Source of the DNA: Bilabrum cf. latius
Taxonomy: Eukaryota
DNA: 64,000 bases
Assembly (NCBI GenBank): GCA_965178125.1
Contig: OZ237759.1
Coordinates: 496,001 to 560,000, forward strand
Direction of reading: 5' to 3'
Shown piece by piece: positions 50,101-60,209 of this stretch. Position 1 is the stretch's first letter, and every line of letters starts with the position of its first letter. The notes under the pieces are model-generated. The model did not search any database and had not been told where the DNA came from. It saw only the letters and a program-made list of their open reading frames with translations. A program made the translations under genes and the position numbers.

Positions 50101-52416
50101 GGTGCCGGCGCCGGCTGCCTGCAGAGCGTGCGCCCCTCTCGGTCGCAGTTCCGACTCGAAGACCTGCTCCTCCCCCTCCAAATCGCGGTATCCCTTGGGG
50201 GAGTTGGGGTCCTCCGCTGGTTCCGCACCCTCCTGCGCGGGGGCCTTTAGGTCCGTGGCGGGGCCCACCCTTTGTTCCCTGAGGGGGTCTCCCTCTTCGC
50301 CCGGCCTCGCGCCCTCTGGTCCAGCACCACCACCACCGCCGCCGTCCTGCCGCAGGTGCCGATGCGTCGCCATTCCGGCTCCGAGTCCTTCCTGTTCCCC
50401 GAGCTGCAGGAGGGCCATCGTGGCTCGGTCCAGCGCGGCGCCGTCCTCCTCCAGGGCACGCGCCGCTGCGGAACCGGATTGCGCGGCGCCGATCTCCAGC
50501 AGGGAGGCCACATTCCCAGTGCCCTGACCGTTCTCAAACCTCTTCTGGTGCTGCTTGAGCCATTCCTGGAACTAATAATTCTAGTACTACCACGGTGCCA
50601 TGCCAGACATAGCGGGTGGCACGGGGATCGGGGCTGACCCCAACATGGGGGCAACGCCGGGGTATAACCCAGGGTACACGTGGAGCATTGCAGGGGTGGG
50701 TGCCCCCACGAAACCAGGGGCTGGTTGGTGCTGGTACAACCCTGGCCCCATGATGGGGCCAAACGGGCCGGAGGGGTACCCGAGGTAGGGCACTGCGTTC
50801 GGGGGCGTAGCCTTGATACCACCCTGGCTGCCTTCCTGCTTCCCGCTGCCTCCGCTTGATGATCCACTGCCATCACCTCCCTGCTTCTGCTGTTCTTTTT
50901 GAAGCATCAGGGCCTGCATCTATGCGGCAAAGATCGGGTTGTTGACATACCCCGGGGCCAGGCCGTACTGGTAGGGGTTGAATGCCCCCCACCCAGCCAC
51001 GGCATGACCCCAATTCCCCTGGGTGAACCCGGGGTAGCCCCCGTACGCAGCTTGGCTGGTTGCGTACCTCGCGACTAGCTGTGACGAACTTGAAGGAAGG
51101 TTCGCCACCATCGGACCCACACCCGCCACTCCGGGTGCGCCCAGGATCGGGCCACCGGACAGCCCCGCCGCCACGTAGGGGTTGTAGGGAACCACCGATT
51201 GCTGGGGAGGTGCCGGTTGCAACCCTTTCGAAGCCCCGCCCGATGACACACCCAGATTCGAGCCGCCCTTGCCCTTGCCCTTGCCCTTGCCCTTGCCCTA
51301 ACCCTTGTCGCCCGACCTGGCCCCGGTCCCTAGCTGCAGGAGGGTCGCACCCTCCTCATCTGCTGCTGCACCACCTTCCCCTGCACCCGATTCCAGGGTC
51401 TTCGTGTAGTCCAACTTGATGCCGTACGGATTGGGGTTCCCCACCCGCACCAGCGGTGACTCCCCCCCTGCACCTTCGTTCCCTGCACCCTCACCCTCAC
51501 CCCCTGCCTGCCCCATGGCCTGTTCTCCGGCCTCCCGCTCCCTCTGCATGAAGGGCATGAAGGGGATAGAGGGGGCTGGCATGCCCCCCTGCAGCGCCAC
51601 GGGGGAGGAAGGGGGACCCCATCCTGGGGGCGCCCCGGGGAATGGCCCCGACCCCTGGGAGTGTCCGTGGGTGCGGTAGGCCGATTTCATGGGAAACCGG
51701 ATGGGCACGCCGTCCACGCCGTAGCGGTCCCTGCCGCTGTTGGCCTCTCCCTGCATCCCAATGCTGTGCTTCTGCTGGGCGGCAGCCGTGTAGAAGGGCG
51801 ACGAATCGGCGATGGCTCGCTGCACCATGTACAGGCATGCGAAGCATTTGAGGCCCGTGGGAGGAGCAATGTTCCTGGCGAGGGCGTTCAGGCTTGATTT
51901 TCCTACCGCTGCACCTGTCTTTGCGATCGGTTTCCATTCGGAGCTTTCTCGCGCTTCCGACTGCAGTAGGCTCTGCTCCCCTGCTGCACCGTTTGCGTCG
52001 GCCGCGTTCATCTCCTGTTGTAAGCTATGGAGTTCCAGGAGAATCGGTTCCATCAAATTCAGTGCACGATGTTTCTATGAGCTAGATGAGCGCGCGTTTG
52101 TGGAAGCAGCCAGAACTTTAGCTCGCTCAGTGAGCAAATGAATCCTGAGGCTCGTATCATCGACTTGGACCCCACCGGCATCCGACAGCTCAGATGAGGC
52201 GTGACAGCCCCCCTCTCGACTACCTGAAGTAATGCACTCGCTTGAACCATCACCCAGGGTACCTGAGCTTGCCTCCGCTACGGTAGCTCCAGCAATAGAT
52301 AGGGCATCCATATCGAATGCAGTCGCCGATGCCTGGCCTGATTTCCACTAACTGAGGGGCAGGGTGCCGATACAGCACAAGGCAAGAATCAATTCAATAC
52401 ATGCACATCGATGCAT
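47152..52416 (-). CDS. Large secreted Gly/Ala/Pro-rich protein with dispersed saposin-B-like cysteine pattern (~1,754 aa, single exon)
   Basis: Ten track ORFs (47152 to 52311) lie in one frame joined only by TAG. Signal-peptide-like start MHRCACIELILALCCIGTLPLS. Cys motifs LKCFACLYMVQ, AVGKMC and MPSILMGHCASLRLALDTLVDRYLHGYDTEEMCVAAKMC; TGA stop. Confidence 0.8.
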
Positions 52417-52637
52417 ACTGACCGCAGCAACAGGCACTGCAGTCTTCGCACGCCCTTGGCTTTTGGCATAAAGCCGGCTTGTGTTTAAATACCATACTTT
52501 GCACGTTACAGAAATGTTGTTGCGGTTGCAACCAACTCGTGATCGTCATCTTTCGAATTCCATACGCAGAGGCCGTGTGAACGCACACAGCTACATTTAG
52601 CTGAAGGTATCCTCACATTTTATTTCAAAAGGGTTTG

Positions 52638-55600
52638 ATGCGGCAGAGACGAGTCATACCATCTGATCTAAACGATGAACCGCACGATGACGGTCACATC
52701 GAAATCAAGAATACGATCGAACTAGCCCCGCTGAAGGGAAACGCAGCACAAGGTCCGCCACGGCTGCATGAGAATGAAGATCTTCATCTCAGTGATAAGC
52801 AGGGACCCGGGGTGTCTTCTTCCCGTGGCCAAGCTGCCGACGTATCCAACGAAACATGCCTGGGTGCAGTAGAGCTCGCCTGTCGATACGTACTCGCTGC
52901 GACTCGTCGCGATGCAAGGAATTTTATAGTTGGAATGGCGGTTATTGCAATCGTCGTCGCGTTCTGCGCTGCTGTGCAGTCGGCGATTGAATCCACACCA
53001 GTAAGCCAAGTGGAGTTTTTCCGATCACTGATCCGATGTTTCAAATCTGACTTCGGTAACGATTAAGAAGTTCTCTATTACCCCATTCATGTTTCTATGC
53101 CCGTTGCTTCATGGTTTGCAGGCAATCTTTCTAAAGCTCGCCGAGGACACGATCGGCGAGGCGGATCTGGTGCTTCTGCCCGCAGCGCTCCCGGTCACGG
53201 TCGCTGCCAACGCGATGCGCAGCGCGTACAGCTGTGACGGGAGCGCTGGCTGCCTCTCATATGATTAGTTTCTGTCGATCACGAATGGCAGCACGAACGG
53301 AAGCAGCCTCGCGCCGGGCACCGCACTCGCTCTGCCGTTGCTGAACAGCACCGAAGTGGAGCAGGCGGTCGCAACCGTTGGTTCCGCTTCCGGCGCGGCG
53401 CCGCGCTGGCTGCTACTGGGCAGCCTGCTGAACGCCAAGGAGCGGAGCCGCAACACCTCGGTGCTTGTGCTAGCCCTGGACAGCGAGGCGGAGGAGAGGA
53501 TGGACCTGGGGAGGCAGTGGGGGAGGAGACCCCTGGGATACCTGGAGGCCTACGCTGTGAGATAGATAGATAGATGGGTGGGTGGGTGGAATGTGTGAAA
53601 TTGTGGTCGTGTGTGGGGGAGCGCTTCCGTGCTCGTCATGGTGCGTAGTGGGGCTCTCGTGTTCATTCGCAGTGTATCCTTGCTTGCATCTATTCCTCAA
53701 CCTCGGCCTCGGCCTCGTCCTCGAGCTTCACACCGCAGTCTGCAAGCGCACTCGGCGAGATAGGGGTGGAGGGTGGCATGGGGGAGAGAGCTATCGTGCG
53801 GATCGACCTGCTCAATATACTCTCTCTGTTCGGCGGAACCGGCGCTGCGCTTGATGGTGACACCCTCGATAGCGCTCAAGTGGCTAGCCAGCTTGTGCAG
53901 CTCCTGACCCTGGCTGGCGTGCAGCCTCCGGGCGTCCTTGCAGAGGCGGCAGGGAACAACGGCGTAGCCAGGGTGCCGGCTGATGAGCTGCTCCTAGCCG
54001 TTGAGACTGTGGCCGAGCAACTCGGAGTTGACTTGAACCAGACGATCAGCATTCCCACCGGGATCCCCGGCCTGCCGCCCATCGTGTTCAACCTCCTGCA
54101 GCTTGCAGAGGACGCTGCAGCTGGGCAGACCGTGGAGGTGGACATCGGTGGACTGATCGGGGCGCTCTTGTCAGCCGGTTCAGGAGGGACAGGTGCGACA
54201 GGGGATGCTGGGGTCGGTGACGGTGGGCTTGGCGGGCTAGATGAATTGCTTGCTTTGGAAAAGGAAGTGACGGTCGTGGATGGGGTGGACCAGCCGAGGG
54301 GCAAGTGGCCCGCCGCATTGGGCAACGTGGTCGTACTGGAGGCAAAGGAAATACCCGAGTGGATCACTGGCGGTGTGCTGGATGTTCTGCAGCCTCTCAC
54401 AAGCGGGCTGCTGGCACCCGTGACCGAGGCTCTTGGTCTGGAGGAAGCCTTCCTAGCTGCTGAAGAGACCGTTGAGAGTTTCGACTACGATGCCATGAAG
54501 CAGTTTGCGCTGCAGATCAACGTCATGATTGATGACAGGGAGGATGTGTACATCAGGGACAGCAACAGGGTGGAGCCAAGGCTGGTGCGATTCAGCGAGG
54601 AAGTAGCGGGTGCGCTGGGTCTGGATTTCCAAGGGACCTACACGGTCCCGTTGGCCGCGACTCTGGCTCAGACTTAGTTCATCGCCCTGTTCCTGGACCA
54701 GATTCTGACGGCAGTGATTTTCGTGCTTGCTCTGCTGGGTGCCATGGTCATGTACAGCCTGGTGGTGGGTGACGTGGAGGAGAAGACTTACGAGTACGGC
54801 ATGCTGAGGGCTCTGGGGCTGCGGTCCTTCACGCTGGTGTACGTGCTGGGGGCGTAGACGCTTGCGTACATGGTGCCTGGCATGCTGATTGGCCTGTGCG
54901 TGGCATCGCTGCTGCACCTGGTGGTGAGGGCAGTGGTGGTGGACCTGTCCGGTGCCGTGGTGCAGCCCGTCATGTGGCCGTCTGCGTGGATCTTCGGGGT
55001 AGTGTTCGGCATGACCGTGCCGGCCGTAGCAAACCTTGTGCCGATCCGCAGGGCCATGGGATCCACGCTGCGGGATGCTCTCGATCTGTACCACAACGCT
55101 CTTAACGACGTGACCGTGCAGGTCACGAGGCTGACGGAGAGCTACCTGAGCCTGCCCTACACGGCGCTTGCGCTGGTGTTCGTGATCGTGGGCTTCGTGA
55201 CGTACTACCTGCTGCCTTTGTCCTTCGCCATCAACAACTTCGCGCTGTTCCTTGGGACCCTGACCGGCATCCTGCTGTCGATGATCCTGGGCCTGGCCCT
55301 GATCGCGCAGATGCTGCAGGGCCCCCTCGAGCCACTGGTGGCGCGCCTCTTCCTGTGGGGGCCCAACGCGCCTCTGCACACGGTGGTGACCAAGAACTTG
55401 GGCGGGCATAGCCGCCGCAACAGCAAGACGTCGTTCATGGTGAGCATGACGGTGGCTTTCGTGCTGTTTGCCGGGGCCATGTTCGCGCTGTAGGCCAGCA
55501 GCATCCAGAACAACGTGAGGATGTTCCTTGGGTCAGACATCGTGGTGCTGTCGCCCGACTTCGGTGGGGGCGGGGACGATGACAGCGATGATTCGGCGGG

Positions 55601-58034
55601 TGGCACGGGGACCACACCTGCCGGGGTGGGTGCAGTGGGCAGCGAGGAACAGGCGGCGGGAGTGCGAGGGGAGGATCGGCTGGCCGTGCTGCCCCAGCGC
55701 GCGATGATCCGATCCCTGGAGTCGCTGATGCAGCCGCGGGAGGCGGATCCGGAGAGGGGCATCCCTGGCCGGCCCGCGCTGGTGGAGGGCTACACGTTCG
55801 AGACCTTCCCGCTGGGGTCGATCGCGGGCGAGGGCGGGTACAGCGTGAGTCAGCTGGGGCAGCCCGGGGGCGTGTACAGCACGCAGGTGGTGGGTCTGCA
55901 GCGGAACTACCTGGACGTTGCGTACTCTGAGTTCGCCATCCCGACTCAGTGGGCCAGTAACCTGGGCGCTCCGATCGACAGCGAGGATGCCTCAGCCAGC
56001 GACATCCCCGCGCGGCCTCCCGGCAGCGAGATGGTGGAGCGGCTGGTGGAGGACCGAGGCCGGCTGCGGCTGCCCGTGGAGGCCCTGGGGCGGGCGTCAG
56101 GGGGCAGGCAGCTGCCACCGCTGTACTCGACTGCCAGCGGGTATCCCGTGGGAGTAGCGTGCGGATACAGCAGCATATCGGATCTGCTTGAGCTGCAGGC
56201 TCAGCTGGCCGCGGCAGGGTCGAACGAGTCCCTGCCAGTGTACGCGGGGGATCTCGAGTGCGCTCTGGCGTGTACGATAAGTGCCAATGAGTCGCGGACT
56301 GGTGCAAGTGCTAGCACAGGCAGCAGCACGGACACGCGATGCCACCGACTCAGCACGTTCAACGCCTCGCTGGCGCAGGAGCTGTCGGACAGGCCCTATG
56401 GGCAGTACCTGGACGTGTTGATGACGGCGGCCTACTCGGGCCAGCTGAGCGTGGGGGTGGAGGCGCCCATGCTGGTGTACCCGGGAGAAGGTGGGTCACC
56501 GTTCCTGTCCAAGATGAGGGCCATGGTGAAGAAGCTGCCAGGGTTCTTCTTCTCCACCTATCGGGCGGGGGCCTTCTTCGCCCCCACGGTGGTGGGCATG
56601 TCCACTTTGGCCAGGGCAGCGGACGAGCTGGATGCCAGGGAACAGAGGTCACTCGTCACAGACCTGAGTCCCATAGACCCCGGCGAGCTGGATGCACTGC
56701 CCGGCACGTGGCAGTCCAGCCCTGCCTGGTTCGATCAGGGCGCGGTGGTGCCTGCCGGTGGAAGTGCATAGACCCTGCCCCCAGGCGTGTACCCATACGT
56801 GTCTGGGTCCAATGTCACCTTTGCCGCTGCTCCTCGATCCAGGCCCTTCAGCTCCTCCAACGGGACTGGATCCTGGGTGCCCTCGAATGCCAGCCAGTGG
56901 GAGCTGCTGTCCGACGGGAGGACCGACACGGGCCTCGAGTTCCAAGGGGGCCCGCCGGTGCGGCTGGCCACGCTGCTGCCTGCTTGCCGGGTGGCGACGG
57001 GGGTGCGTGTGCTCGCGGGAGGCGGGTAGCTGGATGTGACGTCAGTGGGAGTCAGGGCGGTGATGGAGGAGGTAGCCGAGCAGGCGGCTGCGGGGCGGGT
57101 CAGCACCGAGTCCTCACTCGTCACACGTGGCCTGGAGGCCCTGCCCGACTCGAGCGTGCTGTCTGCCTCGGGCCCTGGTGCTTCGGTGAGGTGGCACGCG
57201 TTCGAGCTGGGGAACAAACTGGCGGCCCGTCGGTTCCTGATCGACCTGGGAGCACTCGGGGCGGCGGGTGATGGTGGTGATGGTGGTGGTGGTGGTGGTG
57301 TGGCATCGACTCCAACGCTGCGTGTGTACGGGTTGCAGCTTCGGCTGGAGGCAGGGTCGGCCTCGTGCTCGAGTGCCCAGACGGCGGGTGCACCCCGGGG
57401 GAGTGCGGGGGAGGACCCCTCCCTCCCCCAGGTGGGGTCATCGGCCCTGGGTGACGCCTCCCTAGACCTGCCCAAGCAGAGGCTGCTGGTGAGGATGAGG
57501 CGGGGGGTCACTGCGGGGGAGCGGAGGGCCGTGGTGAACGCCCTGCGAACGCTGGTACCCGACGATCGGTTCCAGGTGCAGGATACCGCCAACCTGCTCG
57601 AGTCCACGGAGCTGGCAGCCGAGGGCATGCTGGTGTTCTTCAACGCAGTGGCCGTGATCTCGATCGCGCTGTGCTTCTTCGCGGCGTGGCTGAGTTTCTC
57701 TGCGACGATCCGGGAGAACTCGAGGGAGCTGGGGGTGCTTCGGGCCCTGGGGCTGACCGGGACGCAGACCACTGTGGTGTACCTTGCCGAGGCGCTGTCG
57801 GTTGTGACGAGTGCATTCGTGCTGGGCACGGGGATCGGTGTGCTGGTGAGCGTGACTCTGACGCTTCAGTTCAATCTGTTCACGGAGATGCCGTTCGTGT
57901 TTGTGTTCCCCGGCACGCTGTTCGGGACCACGCTGGGGCTGACGGCTTTGGCGGCGGTGGTGGCGTCGTACCTGCCTGCGCGGGGGCTGCTGCTGCTGCC
58001 GATCGCGAACGTGCTGAAGGGAAGGCTGGACTGA
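52638..58034 (+). CDS. FtsX/MacB-like (ABC3, DUF214) permease family protein (~1,697 aa); exons 52638-53000, 53122-53556, 53739-58034
   Basis: Two FtsX-type signatures (DVEEKTYEYGMLRALGL and TIRENSRELGVLRALGLT) and multiple TM helices. Track ORFs 53766, 54870, 55515, 56787 and 57036 are in frame across TAGs. GT-AG introns; TGA stop. Confidence 0.88.
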
Positions 58035-58213
58035 CTGCATTTGCATCTAGGTTCACAATGTTCCTGGAATTTTGCCTAATTTCTGTTTGGCTTGGTGGAG
58101 CTACGCCGGAACCGCAGGAAACTTGTGGCGATGTCCTTTGCGAAGATCCAAAAGGATAATCAACACTGCAGCCAGGATGAAGGTCAGGTTTGACGTTTGC
58201 CAGGATTTGGCCG

Positions 58214-59104
58214 ATGTTCCCGAAGAGGACCGTGCTGCAGCTCTAGAGCGGGTTCCGTGATCGCACACCACCTGTGATTTCACGACCGCCGAACAAAACC
58301 GCCCACCTGCGTCGCCCCCTGAGGGATAACCAGAATCCAGTTTCGAGAAGTCGTTCACGTATCTGGACAAGTCCTATGTGCAATGCCCATGATGACGATG
58401 TGGAGCTGCATGATGCCCTGGCTGAGGTGAATCCGAGTGGATTCGTTTTCCCGAAGAGTGTGAGGGGCAAGATCGTAAAGATCACGGGAGCTAGCCCTGT
58501 CCCGGTGGTCGGCGATGGCAGCAAGATGGACGACTGGCGTGCAATGTCCAGCACGAGCACAATATGGTACGGCTTCCACCAAAACGCTGGCTTGGACCTC
58601 GTGGTACACACCACGGACGGCACGGTGATCGGCGTGTAGGCCAAGCCGGGAGTTGACCTGGCGGACGCGGTGGCCAGCTGCAGCCTAGGGTGGCAGTACT
58701 TCTCTAGGAAGCCAATCACAGGCCAAAATTACGTGTTCTCGCAGGAGCCCGATGTCAAGCGGCGGTGGTTCCTTGATCATGCTCCTATCGCGGCGGGCGA
58801 GGAGCATCCGCGGCTGGTGTTCTTTGTGAAAGGCTTCAGCCCAAGTGTCCTGGATGCCGCGAATGCCTACAATGAGTTGCGCCCGCAGTCTGCCATTCTG
58901 CTGTGCCAATCGTCGGGCGCGGTGCTGGGCCCCCTGCATGGGGCTCTGGCAGGCACGAATGACTACACCTCGATTGGCATGGGACCTATCAGTGCTGCGG
59001 TGGCGCTGATGGTTCACCGGGACGTAGGTGGGGAGAGCGGGCTTCAAGGCGAGGGACAGTCTTTCAGCGAGTGGCTGGTGGAGGAGTAGAATGGGCGAAG
59101 TTGA
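58214..59104 (+). CDS. Putative PD-(D/E)xK restriction-endonuclease-fold protein (5' end uncertain, possibly decayed)
   Basis: ORFs 58274..58639 and 58670..59089 are in frame across TAG, with TGA at 59102-59104. Motif NAGLDLVVHTTDGTVIGV[TAG]AK reads as D-x13-Q-x-K. Confidence 0.55.
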
Positions 59105-59263
59105 GGCAGGTAGTACTACTTATATATAGGCTAGTATGCACGACCTAGGAATCCGGAATGATTCCAGATTCCAGTACATGCTCCGGTCAATGCATTGAAT
59201 GCCTCACTGCCAATTTCGTTCGACAATTCAATAATAAATATACCCGATGAAGATGTCCATGTG

Positions 59264-59995
59264 ATGGCTGTCAGCTCGCACCCAGAAATTGAGTCCATGA
59301 TCGACGCTGCCGAGCAGGCACTGATTTCTGGAGACCCTTTGCGCGCTGCTCGACTTAGCAGAAGAGCTCGAAACTCTCTATCCAGAAATGCCACACCTAC
59401 ACCGTCCGACTCGACGTCGATACGACTACGTGCGCGAATACGAGATATTGAAATGCGGATCTAGCGATCTGATAGTGGGCGTGGTGATCATACATAGTCT
59501 GATCAAGGCGGCACGCAACAGCCGGTCGAGCCACGAGCTTCGCAGGCCTCCACGCACAACAGGCAAGAAGGACATCCAGCCAACATCATGACCTTTCTAG
59601 GCTCCAGTGCATCGCGTGCGTGCGAGCTCGCTATGGATACATGGACTGCTACTCAGAGCGCATGGGCGACCGCTTCGGGGCACCTAGCAACTGCAACAGG
59701 GCTGCCAGGGGATGCATGCCGAGCCGGCGTAGCTCTAGGCGCTGCGCTCATAGCCGTAACGCTGGCAAGGTATTGCTTTCTGGATGGAAATGCGCTATTT
59801 AGTCCTGGTAGAATGCCGGGTGACCTGTACTACTCGCAAGCTGCCGAGCAGCCGAGGGGCCAAAACGCAGGGTATCCCAGGACTGGGGGCTTCACCTTCT
59901 CTGCACCTTTTGCGACAATGGCGGTGTTTTATTGGTCCTTTGCGTTTTTGTCTTGGGTGTGGAACTGGGGGGTGCCGATGGGACAATTCAGGTGA
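59264..59995 (+). CDS. Small membrane protein (~243 aa) with DUF2905-like C-terminus
   Basis: ORFs 59195..59464 and 59588..59995 are joined in frame through two TAGs. GRMPGDLYY...GGFTFSAPFATMAVF resembles the GRLPGDI...F.FP.TT motif as I recall it; TGA stop. Confidence 0.65.
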
Positions 59996-60209
59996 CGAGG
60001 CTGCGGCTGCGCTCGATGCGATTCTGTCGAGTTCTGGAGCTTACAAGCGCTGGATTGAATACGAAACTACAAAAGCAAAAACAATGCCATATAAGATGCC
60101 AACAGTGCATAGATCAGATCCATGTATGCCCTCAGACATAATTGTCGGATCGAGCAGCTATTTCAGCTATTCTTCGAGCTCACGGCATATCATCTCGTAC
60201 GCATCATTA

